Below are positions 31,175-43,602 of a stretch of DNA of 64,000 bases, one piece after another (within the stretch, counting starts at the first letter, position 1; every line of letters begins with the position of its first letter). The translations under genes and the position numbers were made by a program. The notes under the pieces were generated by a model that was not told the origin of the DNA, searched no databases, and saw only the letters and a list, made by a program, of their open reading frames with translations. Source of the stretch: an uncultured Acidobacteriota bacterium (GTDB taxonomy: Bacteria; Acidobacteriota; UBA6911; RPQK01; JAPXNP01); contig CAVZRV010000011.1 of NCBI GenBank assembly GCA_963777605.1, positions 224,001 to 288,000 on the forward strand. The letters are read 5' to 3'.

Positions 31175-32074
31175 TTAGCGAAGCGCGTACAGGTTGGCGA
31201 CGCCAAGGGGAACTGGGCTGCGATCGCGGTTGTAGACGCCTCGGGAACGGTAGTGGGCGAGGATCTGCTTCACGTGTTCCTCGTCCGCCACGACAACTCC
31301 CCGTGTGAAGTGTGGGATCGATTTCAGGTAGCAGCCCCGGTCGATCCCCTCCCGCTCCATCCGCTCGGCCAACTCAATCGGAATGCGCCGGTCATTCGCC
31401 TTTGACGGCTTCGTTCCTCTCCAGTAGAGCAGACCCCAGTAGAGCCGTTCACTCTCCCGCCGGTCACTTACGCCTGTCAGATCCTCTATCGGAGTCAGCC
31501 AGTCGTCCCGTTTATGGCGCCGTAACCAAGCCGACGAAAAACACCAGTTTTCCGGTCGGATCACTAACCCTGCCCTTACCGCGTTCAAATCGACGTAGAA
31601 AACAGTCTCAAGTAGGTTGTTCGACTCGGTCAACTGAAAACGGTCGGCCCAGAATCGTCCTCGGCGATTGTAGCGCCGATTGTACCATCGGGCATAAGTC
31701 GACTGGAGGTTCCGCATCAATTCACTGACGTTGAACAGGCGGCGGTTGAACTGCTCCCACTGGCAGTCGTTCCAACGCTGGTGCGGCTGGTAACGAGGAT
31801 CGGGATAAAACCGCTGGGCAGTCTTCCAAAGCCGATCACGAGAGAGCTTCCGATAGGCCTGGAAGCGTAAAACGAGGTGGTAGTGGCTACCAAGGATGTT
31901 AAACGAGCCAACAGAGCAGGAATAGAGTGAGGTGAAGCGGTGGATCAAGGCGGCAAGTTGACGAGCGTTTTCGGGCTTCTGGAGGGGGAAATCCCCGATA
32001 AAGCCGGCAACACACGCACGAATATGAAAAAGCCCACCGGCTTTAGGATTGAGGTTTCGCGCAAGTCGGGCCAT
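31175..32074 (-). mobile_element. REP-associated tyrosine (HUH/Y1) transposase, RAYT-like
   Basis: MARLAR start, FHI, SHYHLVL (HUH), GRFWADRF, YVDLNAVRAG; GTGTCCC repeats nearby. Confidence 0.85.
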
Positions 32075-32533
32075 GTGTGGTTCCTTCCTTCAGGTCGCGT
32101 GTGGGACCTTCATAAAGAAAGAACGAACGAGTCTCCAAAAGTGCGGGGCCCGATACGGGGACAAAAATCACATCTCAGATCAGGGGGGGCTGAAATGTCA
32201 GAAAAACAGCTCGGCTTGGCTTTACCTCAATCGACTGTCGTCGCCAAGGCCCAAGCGCAGGGATTAGTCGGCGCCCGGATAGAAGAGAGTGTCCCTTTGT
32301 CCCCCTTCCTTCGTCCCCCTTAGTCCCGCTGGACGGTCGCTCTTTCGGGTCACGTCTTGGAGCCGGACTGATGGTCAAAGCCCTCCACTGAGGCTGGGGT
32401 CACCTTCGATTTGGCCGATTGGGACATGAGGGCAAAACAGAAACGATAGCGATAACGTGGCCGACAAGAAACTTTATCTCTAAAGTTCACGCCGCGCAGG
32501 CATCGTAAATCGCTGACCCATCGACGGGAACAA

Positions 32534-33830
32534 ATGGCGATGACACCATCAGAAGAACCCAAATCCGCCACGTCAGAGGAAGGGCCTCATCGCCAGCGAA
32601 CAAGTCTAGGAGTGTGGATACTCCGCTCAGCATTGCTGATCCTGGCTGTTGCTGCATCTATTGCAGCCTACCGCTGGTGGCAATTTCATGCTGTCCACGA
32701 GTCCACAGATGATGCGTACGTTCACGGGACGGTTGTGACGATCGCGCCCCAGGTTTCGGGTCGTGAGGTCAGGGTGGCAGTCCGGGAAAACGAACCGGTT
32801 CACAAGGGAGACCTCCTGCTGCAGCTCGCCCCCACCCCATTTCAAGTTGCCGTCGAGGAAGCGCTGGCGGCTGTCGATATGGCTCGCTCAAAGTTAGCCG
32901 CCCAGCAGGCGACGGTCACTTACACCCGCGACTACACCGGTGCTTCCGTGCAGGAGGCCAAGGCAAAGCTCGCCGTACTCTACAAACAACTGCAGTCTCT
33001 CGATGCCGAACTGCCTGAAGAGTCTGAACAACTCGACGCTGCCGCCTCCAGACGCGAAAAGGCGGTCAAGGATCTGAAAAGACTGACTTATCTAATCGGC
33101 AAAGGAGTCACTTCTCAAGAAACCGTGGATGCCGCCAAGACCGCTTTCGACGAGGCCGACTCGGAATTCAACGTGGCGAAAGCTTTATCGAGTCCAAGAA
33201 TAAGGAGATCGAAGCAACCGGTGAGCAGACCAACGAGATCCAGGCAAAAATCTCCCGGGCGGCTACAGGCGAGATCTCGAGCCGCGTCCAGAAGCACCAG
33301 GCAGACCTCGCAAAAGCACAATTGGAGCAAACTATCGCCCAACTCCATCGTGCTCAGCTCGATCTCTCCTACACGGAGATCCGGTCTCCTTTGGAAGGTC
33401 ACGTCGGGAAGAAGAATGTCGAAGTAGGCAACTTCGTGACCGAAGGGGGAGTTGTGATGGCAATCATCGCCTTGGACGCCGTCTGGATCGAGGCAAATTT
33501 CAAAGAGGATTAGATCGAATACTTGAAAATTTGACAGCCGGCGGAGATCGAGGCGGACACTTACTCGAATCATGTCTTCATCGGAAATGTCGAGAGTATC
33601 AGCGCCGGAACGGGCGATGAATTTTCCCTTCTGCCTCCCGAGAACGCTACAGGCGACTGGATTAAAGTGACGCGCCGGATACCGGTGAAGATTGTATTGG
33701 ACAGCGTACCTCCGGGGGAGTTCGCTCTCCAGCTCGTCATGTCGACGACCGTCACTGTCGACACCCGTGACCAAAGGGGCGAGAACATGTCGTACTGGCA
33801 CCCGAATCGCACCTGTTCTCGGCGGCTAAC
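32534..33830 (+). pseudogene. EmrA/HlyD membrane fusion protein, disrupted
   Basis: STDDAYV, WIEANFKE, LLPPENATG; frameshift near 33190, TAG 33511, TGA 33532. Confidence 0.8.
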
Positions 33831-33839
33831 TGACCGAGA

Positions 33840-34926
33840 ACTATGGGTGGCCCTGGATATTCTTCATCAACATTCCCTCCACCATCATCCTGGGAATCAT
33901 CACGATTTCGACCTTCGCCGAAGACCCTCCTTACCTGAAGCGGGGGGCTCAAGAAGGTCGACTGGACCGGGATTACATTATTGACGGTCGGACTGACAAC
34001 CATGCAAGTCGTCCTCGAGCAAGGTCAGGAAGAAGACTGGCTCGAATCGAACTGGATAGTTGAAGGCATCCTCGTGACGGGAGTTGCACTGGTTGCCCTG
34101 ATCATTCAGGAACTGCGGTCCAAGGAGTCGATCGTAAATCTTCGATTGCTCAAGAACAAGGTCGTTGGTTCAGCAATGGAGCTCGTATTCGAGCTTGCCC
34201 TATGCGGCACTACCTTCATCCTCCCCCAGTTCACCCAGAACCTAGAACCTACTCGGGTACCCGGCGTATCAGGCCAGCCTCGTGCTCTTTCCGCGGGTAG
34301 TGACACTGTTTCTGATGATGCCTCTGGCGGGCTGGTTATACAACCGGATGGACCCTCGAATCCTGGTTGCGTTCGGCGTTGTTGTGATCGTCTGGTCCTC
34401 TCAGAAACTCTCGGCCCTGACACTTACAGTTGGTTTTTGGAATCTGGTCCCAATGCTCCTGCTCATGGGGGCTGGAATGCCTTTCATGTTCGTGACGGTG
34501 AGTACAGTGTCCCTGAATACGATGCGGCGTGTTGACATGACTGACGCATCGAGTCTGTTCACTTTGGCTCGTCGCGTTGGAGGGAATATCGGATACGCAC
34601 TTGTTGCCACTGTTGTCGAAAGGCGCACCGCTTTTCACCGACTGCACCTCTTGAGTGGTGTCAACAATTTCAACAACAGCTTCCTCCAGTTCAAGTCGGG
34701 GGTATCCGCCTACTTGGGAGCGACTCCAGGTATTCAGCAAATCCAGGAGAAAGCTCTCAAACTCACCAACATCTCAGTCGTCCGACAGGCACGGATGCTC
34801 GCGTACAACGACGCTTCCTGGATCATGGGGTTGCTATTCTTAGTCGTTCTTCCGCTGGTACTTCTCCTGCCGGGGCAAAAGCGCATCAAGGCGGATCAGG
34901 CCCGAATGGCAATGGAGGGATCCTGA
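33840..34926 (+). pseudogene. DHA2/EmrB MFS efflux pump, 5'-deleted and frameshifted
   Basis: QVVLEQGQEEDWLES, DASSLFTLARRVGG, QARMLAYND. Confidence 0.8.
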
Positions 34927-34928
34927 CA

Positions 34929-35378
34929 ATGGGAGAAACCATCGACCCGTTGGCCCTCGACCTTTGGTCCCGCACTAATTCCAATTTCAACCTGCTGGTA
35001 CGCGCCAGCCGTGACAATCTGGCCCCGCTCGGGATCAGTGGTCCTCAGTACGGGGTCCTGCGGATTCTGCATCGAAGAGGAGCCCGTACAATGGGTGAAA
35101 TCTCCCAAGGGCTTCATGTGACTGCGGGGAATGTCACTGGGCTTGTTGACCGACTCGTTCACGAGGGTCTCGTCAGTCGGGTCGTGGGCAAACAAGATCG
35201 AAGAGTCGTTCGGACCCGCCTAACTTCCGCTGGGCTCGAACTCGTCGAAAAGGCGATCAGGAAAGATCACCGACTGATGACCGAACTCTTCTCGGGCTTT
35301 TCAGAGCAAGAGAAGGAAACCATGCTCATTCTGTCTGATCGGTTGGAGCAAGCTCTGATCCGTCCTCGGGAGTCGTGA
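34929..35378 (+). CDS. MarR family transcriptional regulator
   Basis: ISGPQYGVL, GNVTGLVDRL, DRRVV..LT..G. Confidence 0.9.
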   Translation: MGETIDPLALDLWSRTNSNFNLLVRASRDNLAPLGISGPQYGVLRILHRRGARTMGEISQGLHVTAGNVTGLVDRLVHEGLVSRVVGKQDRRVVRTRLTSAGLELVEKAIRKDHRLMTELFSGFSEQEKETMLILSDRLEQALIRPRES

Positions 35379-35551
35379 AAGTCGCTTAGCGCAAGGCGTC
35401 TCAATCGTTCATGAGAACGTTTCCGGATCTGAACTCCGGGGACCCTTAGGGGAGTGTCCCTGGCATCCCTGGCATGAGCTTCACGCGCGAGCGTCCCTAC
35501 TGGCTCGCGGATGCTGCAAGCCGCTTCCCTGCTAAAGTCGGACGGTCACTG

Positions 35552-36337
35552 TCATCGGCTTTGCACAAACGCCTTCAGTTTCTCAAAGGTCATGTCCGGC
35601 TGCTGGCAAAACTGGATCAACTCTCGTTCGCTGAGGAACACCTCGTAGCACGCTTGCACCGTCTCGGTCGCAACCTCTCGCGGGATTTGGATGACTCCGT
35701 GTTCGTCGGCCTGAACCAGATCTCCTGAATGGATTGTCACTCCACCAACCTTAACGGGTTTGCCAAAGTCGACCAGGTGAACATACGCATGGGAAACGAG
35801 AATCTCCGCGGCGAAGAAATGAAAACCGAGAGGTCTTACCACAGGAAGATCGCGAACACCACCGTCAGTAACCACACCGATGCACCCCAGCGCTCGATGG
35901 ACATTGGCGTTTACTTCACCCCAAAAGGAACCGACCGGGTGGGGAGCGTCAAGATCGTGGATTACCATGAACGTGGGCTTGGGCAAGGAACTGATGTACT
36001 CCCAGTACTCGAGGTTTGAGACCGCTGGATACCCAGAGGCGCGGGGCCTCGACGCCCGAATAGTTGCGGTCCCAGCATAACCATTGGTGATACCCAGTTC
36101 CGGAAATATGCATCGGATCGCGGGGTTCATGCAGCCATCGAGACGATCACATGAATTCAACTTCTCCAAGGCATTTGCGATCGTCGGCGTATCCCAACGC
36201 CGCAGTTCTGCACGTTCTGCATCCGATAATACGGCCTTCAGCAACGGCGTCCGCATTCGACTCCCCGATGCCGTCTCTGAATGGACGTCAGCCCCTTTCG
36301 ATTCCCGTTCTGAAACTCGCCTTTGCGAACCAGACAT
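35552..36337 (-). CDS. RraA/HMG-aldolase family protein
   Basis: DTPTIANA, WGEVNA, VTDGGVRD, GDLVQADEHGV. Confidence 0.87.
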   Translation of the reverse strand: MSGSQRRVSERESKGADVHSETASGSRMRTPLLKAVLSDAERAELRRWDTPTIANALEKLNSCDRLDGCMNPAIRCIFPELGITNGYAGTATIRASRPRASGYPAVSNLEYWEYISSLPKPTFMVIHDLDAPHPVGSFWGEVNANVHRALGCIGVVTDGGVRDLPVVRPLGFHFFAAEILVSHAYVHLVDFGKPVKVGGVTIHSGDLVQADEHGVIQIPREVATETVQACYEVFLSERELIQFCQQPDMTFEKLKAFVQSR

Positions 36338-36717
36338 ATTAAACTCCTCCTCCAATTCCAGCTTCTCAGCCCACGCCTCGATAAGTATCTGTCACTTCGT
36401 CACTGGTCCATCCTCGCGGCGATGCTCTCGCGCAGCGACCCCAGAATCTCCCGTCCGGCCCTGGTTTCTGAGCAGAAGAGAACCTCTCCAGCGATTCTTC
36501 CCATTGGGGAAAAACAATATGCCCATTGCCCTGCAAGAAAACAGTCTCCCTCTGTCCTCGTTTGAACTGGAGAATTCGATCCGCAAGACTGGGAGTAGTT
36601 GAGAACTGGAACCCGGTTGATCCGTCACCCAAGGGCTTACAAGTCAAACCTAGTGGATACCGGTGGGTCGCTGCAACTAACCCTGAGCTTGGTGGAGCCA
36701 ACCTCAATTGGGATCGA

Positions 36718-37890
36718 ATGATGAATGGAAAAGCAGAAGAAAGGATTCGCACGCTAATTATCGGAGCTGGAGTCTCCGGGCTAACGCTGGCTGCCCTCAT
36801 GCGCCAGAGAGGCCAGGATCCCATAATTATTGAGAAAGCAGAGGATTTTGATCGCGCAGGATACATGCTAGGTCTGTACTACCTCGGTTCCAGGGTTCTG
36901 CATGGCCTCGGACTCTTCAGTCTATTTCTGGGTGAGAGCTCACAAATGAACCGTTACGTCATCCCCGACGATGGCGGGAGACTCCTCCACCGATACGACC
37001 TGCGGAAACTCAGCCAGACGCAGGGGCCAATTCGAGGGATCAGCAGGAAAGCCCTGATCAGAACTCTCCGGCAGGCGTGTAACGGACTTTCTACTCGAAT
37101 GGGAACAACCGTCGAGTCCTTCACATAGGCCAATCGCGAGATCGAGGTCACTTTCAATGACGGTACCGCCGAAAACTTCGACCTGGTCGTAGCGGTAGAT
37201 GGACTTCATTCGGACACCCGGGCAATGCTTTGGAACGAAGGAGAATACAGTTACCGCGAAACAGGGTGGGGCGACTGGGTCTCCTGGGGGGATCGATCCT
37301 CTCCCGATGGAAACGACAGTTACATCGAATAGTGGGGAAACAACCGATTTCTGGGTTTGTATCCCGTCCTAAACCGAATCGGCATATTCCTATGTGGCCC
37401 GACTTCGGCACCGAAAGACTCCGGGTACCGGCAGGCGATCGAATCATCAAGTTCGCACTTCCGGAGCAAAGGCTCATCAGTCTGGCGGAATCTGGAAGAG
37501 ATCAAAGATGACGCGAACCCCTTCTTCTGGGACTTCCATGACTGTCGAGCAAGCTCCTGGGTGAAGGAGCGGGTCGTCCTCCTCGGTGATGCAGCAGCCA
37601 GCTTCCTGCCGACCGCTGGGATCGGAGCGACGATGGCGATGGAATCCGCAGCAGTCCTGAACGATGAACTCACCCGCACCGACTCCCAACAGCTTGACCG
37701 TGCGCTGAGAAACTATGTCCAGCGCAGGCAACGACGTGTTGAGTCGGCGCAGGACAGTTCTCGAAAGATGGGCACGATGATGTTCGTCGGGTCAACTCCA
37801 CTCGCCTGGATCCGAAACCAACTCGTCAAAATTTACACGCTCGGAATGTTTGTCAAGTCGATATCTGATCTCATGAATGAACCTATTTAG
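36718..37890 (+). pseudogene. FAD-dependent monooxygenase with two in-frame TAG codons
   Basis: IIGAGVSG, VAVDGLHS, LLGDAA; TAG at 37126 and 37330 in one continuous frame. Confidence 0.8.
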
Positions 37891-38279
37891 GGAGGAGTCC
37901 GCAACTCCGAAAAAGTAACCTGCGGCGTCAGGGCTTTGTCTATCTCCCCATTACTCGCCCCACAAGAAGCAGGGATTCTTCCTGTCCTGTGGGCCTCGAA
38001 TTTGCCCTGAGTGACCAGAGAAAGTGAGCTCCGCCATCCACGTGAGAAAGTGTCCCCCGGTTTCTGGTTGATTCCCCAGTTCAAATACGCCCCCAAGCGG
38101 TTGAAGGTAAAGGAGTGTCCCTTGATTCCCTTCCTTGGTTCCCTCGAGTCGAGTTTCCCCTGATTTATACCTCTCGGAAATTGGGGGGAAATTTAGGGGA
38201 GTGTCCCTTGCGCGCCCCTTCCTTGCATGCCACTTGGATGCCTTATTGCGGGGGAGTGTCCCCGTCGACAATAATCTGC

Positions 38280-38897
38280 CGATCCACCAGCGGATCGACC
38301 GGAGAGCATCTGGTCGTGCGTCGTACGAAATCAGAAGAGAGGCAATTGACCGCGTTCCGACTCCGGACACTGCTTTCATACGGCGCCCGGCCTCACGACC
38401 GGATTGCCAGTGCAGTCTACCTGCTCCCCGACCGGGACTTCCCTGCAGGCGATCGGGGTGAGATCGTGCTCACCGCGCTGTATTCGTACGCAATGCCTTT
38501 TATTCGATGTCGGCTGGGGAACTGGGTAGAGCTCGGCCCGGCGCCATGTCCGTGCGGAACCCTTTATGCGACCATCCGCAGAATCCGGGGCAGGCTGGCC
38601 GATCGGATCTTCGACCAGGGGCCGAACTCGACCCTTCAGTCGTGGACCAGACACTTTGCCGGCACGCCCCCTGGGTGCGAGATACCGGTCGTACAAGACT
38701 CGCTCGACCTCATCCTGGTTCGCGTCGAAGGACCAGCGCGACACGAAGCCTTCAACCGGTTGGCTTTCCAGCCCGGACATGCAACCGGATTGTCGTTCAC
38801 CTTTCAAGTGATTAGCTGCCCCGAGTTGCAGGCTTCCCGGGCAGGCAAGTTCCCGCTCTATGGGTCCAGAGTAAACGGACCGCGCGAATATGAATAA
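38280..38897 (+). pseudogene. Phenylacetate-CoA ligase family remnant
   Basis: STSGSTG, GEIVLTAL..YAMPFIR.RLG, CPCG, GKF; large internal deletions. Confidence 0.65.
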
Positions 38898-39047
38898 GCG
38901 GCCTCCAGCGCAATTTCTTGCCAGCCTGACCCGCGAGCGCATGTCTCGTCCTCGTCCTAAGGAACGGAGACACTACTCCCAGATCCGAAGTAGGGATTCT
39001 GCTCAAGGCCAGGGCCAGAGACTCCCTCCGCTAGACTGGCGGGTGTC

Positions 39048-40917
39048 CTACCAGGCTATGCCGTAGTCTTCACCGTAGTTGCTGCTGCCGCCCCAGAACG
39101 TGCGGTGTTCATGGTCGAAGAATATGGCGTTTATCGGACCCGACGTGCGGGGTTCGAGAGTAATCTTGTAACCCATGGAACGCAGCTGGGCGATAACCCA
39201 GGGAGACATCTTATCGCTGAGAGTCATTTCTCCGGGTAACGTCTCGTGTTCACCGAAGGAATTGCGCATCTGAAAACTGTTGATGTTGGCTGCTTCGCAG
39301 GCCTGTTGAACGTTCATCCCGAACTCCACGACGTTCAAAAAGAACTGGAGCAGGTTCTGATCCTGAGTGTCCCCTCCCTGAACCGCAAAGCTCAGGTACG
39401 GCTTCCCGTCTTTCATCGCCAGACCAGGAGTCAGAGTTGCGCGGGGACGCTTGCCCGGCTCGACCACATTGAACGGGTTCTCGGCCGGGTCAAGCACGAA
39501 ACTCTGCATGCGCTGGCTCATGCCGACACCGGTCCTTCCGGCGATCACGGCAGGCACCCAGCCTCCGCTCGGGGTCACCGAAACCACCCAGCCCTCCTCG
39601 TCCGCCGCCTCTATCGAGGTCGTGCCCCGGTAAAAGTCCTCCTTGAACTGGTCGTCCAGAGAAGCGTCCTGGTTGAATTTCCGACGGTCTTTCTTCTCGT
39701 TCGTCCACTCCTTCAGATACTGGAGATAGAGATTCTGCTCACCCTGGAACGGATAAGGGTCGCCAGGCTTTACGTTGGGATCATTGCGTTCCCAGTCAAT
39801 CGTCTCGAACCGGCTCTTGGCGTAATCCTTGGACAGCAGCCCGCGCATCGGTTCAACCGGCGGATAATAGGGATCGCCGTAATAGAAGTCGCGATCGGCA
39901 AAGGCCAGGTTCATCACCTGGTAGAGGGTGTGGATATAGCGGGCACTATTGTAGCCCATCGGCTGGAGATCCACATTCTCCAGCAGGTTCAGCGCCTGCA
40001 GCATTACCGGCCCCTGAACCCAGCAATTGAGCTTGTAGACATCAATTCCTTTGTAGTTCGTCTGAACCGGCTCTTCGAGGTAGACCTTCCAGTTGGCCAG
40101 GTCTCCAAGAGTGATCAATCCGCCCTGCTCCTGGACTCCACGGACAAACTCCTCGTGCGATGTCGCCTTTGTAGAACCGATCATAGGCCGCATAGATCGC
40201 ATCCTCGCGGCTCTTTCCCTGGGACAGTGCGGAATGCTCCGCCTCGACCAGTTTCTCGAGTGTTGCGTGCAGATCGGCCTGGCGGAAGATCTCTCCGGCG
40301 TAGGGCGCTTCCCTGCTCTCCCCGGGATGCGTCAGGAAGACGTTGCGTGAATAGGGCCACTGCTTGATGAGTTCCTTCTGCCGCTCGATACTGTTGGCGG
40401 TCTGGGCCTCCATCGGATAGCCCTCGGACATCTCCATGGCGGGAGAGAGCACATCCTTCAAACTCATGGTTCCGAACTCGGCCAGCATGGTCAGCAAACC
40501 GCCCGGCGTCCCTGGCGTCACCGCGGCCAACGGCCCAAATTCGGGAGGATAATCCATCCCTTTCGCCTTGAAGAACTCAGGAGTCGCGCCGGTCGGGGCA
40601 GCACCCAGTGCATTCAGGGCGATGACCTTGCCGGTTTTCGGATTGTAGATAAGCGCCTGGGTTTCCCCGCCCCAACTCAGCACGTCCCACATAGTGCAGG
40701 TGGCCGCAAGCATGGCACAGGCGGCGTCGACGGCGTTTCCGCCCTTTTGAAAAATCATGGAACCGGCCGTTGCAGCCAAGGGTTTACCGGTGATCGCAAC
40801 CCAGTGACTTCCATGCAGAACAGGCTTCTCCGTTCGCTGCGCGTAGCTCGGACTCATCAGAAAGATCCCCACTGAAAAAACGGCCAAAGTAGGCACGAAC
40901 CAGGACTTATGAAACAT
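39048..40917 (-). CDS. ggt: Gamma-glutamyltransferase (frameshift near 40155)
   Basis: GGNAVDAA, TPGTPGG, YKGDIA, GTTS nucleophile, PGKRP, GGDTQDQ. Confidence 0.88.
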
Positions 40918-41349
40918 GCAAACCCTCCAGGGCAACCTCCAGGGAAGCGTGAATGCTGTCTGTGTCACGCCTACCGGCTTACCGAGCCGGGCCGTCACGC
41001 CAGTTCATGCTCCGGGCGGGGCCGCCACGTCATCCGATTATCGTAAATAAGCCTCTGTCTGCAAACAACCCGGGCGTGGGCGTGGATTTGGACGTCATGA
41101 TGGAATAGCGAAATTTGTAGCCCTCGCAAGATGTGCGTGCGAATTTCTGACTCAGGACGGTCATGGCAACTTCGACCACGTGAGCAGGATGATCAAGGGA
41201 AAAACCACTCTGTCCCCTACTCGCCGCACTCTCGGAGAAGAGACCGTCCACTCTCGCTCGCAAATTCCGCGCCTAACTAAAGGCCCGCAAGAAAACAGTC
41301 TATAACCATTTTGAACTACATCCATGTGCCAAGATGGAGAACTCACTTA

Positions 41350-41904
41350 GTGAACAGGGGATTCTCGATTCTGGAATTGCTGATCGTTTTGGCGTTGATG
41401 GGGCTGATCCTGGCTATTGCCGTCCCCAGCTATGAGCAGGCCGTCGATGCTGCGAAGGTGGCCCGCGCCATCGGCGACATTAAAGCGATCGAAGAGGAAA
41501 TACTCGTGTTCGAAGCCGTGACTGGAAACCTGCCGTCCAGCCTCGAACAAGTCGTGAGGGACGACCTTCTCGACCCATGGCAAAATCCCTACGAGTACCT
41601 CAACTTCTTCGTGGATCCCCATCAGGGCGGCAACGGCAACGGCAACGGAGGCGATTCTAATGGCGGCAAGGGCAAAGAAAACGCCGGAGGAGGCCAAGGG
41701 GGAGGGCACGGAAACCAGGTTCCACCCCAGGTCCAGGGATTGATGCGCCGGGACCGCAACATGGTCCCGATAAACAGCCGCTTTGACCTGTACAGCAAAG
41801 GCAAGGATGGAGAGAGCCACCCTCCGCTCACCACAAAAGCCAGCTGGGACGACATCATCCGCGCCAATGACGGCAGCTTCGTGGGGCTTGCCGCCAATTA
41901 CTGA
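41350..41904 (+). CDS. Prepilin/pseudopilin (GspG-like) with Gly/Asn-rich insert
   Basis: Class III signal G|FSILE, DPWQNPYEY, FDLYSKGKDG. Confidence 0.85.
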   Translation: MNRGFSILELLIVLALMGLILAIAVPSYEQAVDAAKVARAIGDIKAIEEEILVFEAVTGNLPSSLEQVVRDDLLDPWQNPYEYLNFFVDPHQGGNGNGNGGDSNGGKGKENAGGGQGGGHGNQVPPQVQGLMRRDRNMVPINSRFDLYSKGKDGESHPPLTTKASWDDIIRANDGSFVGLAANY

Positions 41905-41913
41905 GGATTTCGT

Positions 41914-43602
41914 ATGCAGAAGTTTCGGACGGGGCTGGGAAGCAAGGTCGGCAGACGGTTTTTGGCCATCTTCTGCCTGTCGTCTCTTCTCCCCTTGTCC
42001 GCTTTCGCAGTTGTTTCCTTCCTTGAGGTGAACCGACAACTTGCCACACAAAACAGTGAGCGGCTGCACCGAACCACCAAATCGCTGGCCCACACTCTGG
42101 TAGATCGACTGCTGCTGCTCAAGCAGGAATTGACCTACAAAGCCGGCGAAATTTACTGGCCGAGTGGTTCAGAAGACAACCCCACACTGCCGGAATCAAG
42201 TTCTCGATTCCTTTCTCTTGCGGTTCAGCGGGGATCCGAGATTCTGCCACTGGTGGGTGCCGCTCCCGAGCCCGTTTCTCTCTCGGAAGACTGCTACCCG
42301 CATTTGGCCTCGGGAGGGGCGCTCCTGTTCACTTCGGATACTCCTCGGCATCCAATTCTTCTGGCAGTCGCTCTGGATGGGAGCCAGCCGTTACGGGGGA
42401 TCCTGGTGGGTCAGCCCGATCCCACATTCCTTTTCGGCACCGACTACACCAACGTCGATACCCCTGGCACGGTCGTTATGGTCTTCGATAGCGATCGCCG
42501 TGAGCTCTTCTCTTCCGGCTCGCTGTCTGATGGAGAAATAGGAGAACTCTGCCAGGTCTTTCCAGAATTAGCCTCAACTGAATTCCGCTGGACTTGGGGA
42601 GACCACGAGTACGTGGCATACAACTGGTCGATACCGCTGAACTTTGAGTTTCATACCCGGCAATGGCACATCGTGCGGAGCGAGAACCAAGCCTGGGTTT
42701 TCGCACCCCTTCAGAACTTCCAGCGTGACTTCATTCTACTCTCCCTGATCTCCCTTCTGATCGTCGCTGCTTTGAGTTCGATGCAGATCCGAAGGAACCT
42801 GAATCCGCTGGCCGAGTTCCAGCAGGCCACACGGCGCATCGCCCACGGCGATTATCGAACCGCGGTGGAGGTCTTCAGCGGGGATGAATTTGAGGAACTG
42901 GCCCGATCCTTCAACCTCATGTCGGACGAGATCCGGGGACTCCACGTGAGCACCCTGACCGCCCTAGCGCGCACTGTGGACACCAAATCACCCTGGACAG
43001 CCGGACACTCAGAACGGGTGGCGGCAATGGCAGTCGAGATTGGAAGTCGCCTCGGCCTATCGGAGAGTGAGTTGGCGACGCTTCAAAGAGGTGCGCTGCT
43101 TCATGACATCGGGAAGATCGGGGTTTCCTCGGCGATTCTCGACAAGCCCGATAGACTCACCCACTCCGAAATGAGCAAGATCCGGGAACATCCCGTCATT
43201 GGGGCCAGGATCCTGGCGCCCATCAAAGCGTTCACTGAAGCACTTCCCCTGATTCGAGGACACCACGAGCGTATTGACGGCAAGGGGTATCCGGATGGAC
43301 TGAAAGGGGATCAGATCCGGTTCGATGTGAGAATCCTTGTGGTGGCAGATGCCGTGGATGCCATGATCTCGGATCGTCCGTATCGGCAAGGCATGTCTGC
43401 CGCGAATGCTGCTCGGATTATAAGGCAGGAGATCGGCCGCCAGTTCGATGCCCGAGTGTCCCAAGTTGCCCTCGAGCTGCTGGGACAGTCAGTAGACACC
43501 GATGGCATTCCGATACCCGTTGGACGGCCTGATCACCCGGAACCGCCACGTCTGCAACCGCCGCCCCAAACTCGCCAGCATCCTTCACTGGAGGTACTGT
43601 AA
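41914..43602 (+). CDS. Membrane sensor with HAMP and HD-GYP phosphodiesterase
   Basis: Two TMs around a periplasmic domain, HAMP, HDIGKIG, HHERIDGKGYP. Confidence 0.9.
   Translation: MQKFRTGLGSKVGRRFLAIFCLSSLLPLSAFAVVSFLEVNRQLATQNSERLHRTTKSLAHTLVDRLLLLKQELTYKAGEIYWPSGSEDNPTLPESSSRFLSLAVQRGSEILPLVGAAPEPVSLSEDCYPHLASGGALLFTSDTPRHPILLAVALDGSQPLRGILVGQPDPTFLFGTDYTNVDTPGTVVMVFDSDRRELFSSGSLSDGEIGELCQVFPELASTEFRWTWGDHEYVAYNWSIPLNFEFHTRQWHIVRSENQAWVFAPLQNFQRDFILLSLISLLIVAALSSMQIRRNLNPLAEFQQATRRIAHGDYRTAVEVFSGDEFEELARSFNLMSDEIRGLHVSTLTALARTVDTKSPWTAGHSERVAAMAVEIGSRLGLSESELATLQRGALLHDIGKIGVSSAILDKPDRLTHSEMSKIREHPVIGARILAPIKAFTEALPLIRGHHERIDGKGYPDGLKGDQIRFDVRILVVADAVDAMISDRPYRQGMSAANAARIIRQEIGRQFDARVSQVALELLGQSVDTDGIPIPVGRPDHPEPPRLQPPPQTRQHPSLEVL

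Noticed and set aside
33532-33534. In-frame TGA in emrA as selenocysteine
   Set aside because: Position corresponds to Gly (IGQP), no Cys context, and a TAG lies just upstream
36718-37890. Pyrrolysine or amber recoding of the monooxygenase
   Set aside because: TAG is a normal stop elsewhere in the window; neighbouring emrAB have TAG, TGA and deletions; both sites are one substitution from CAG/TAC
41000-41349. c-di-GMP riboswitch upstream of the pilin operon
   Set aside because: No GGCAAAC/GNRA-receptor consensus found by eye
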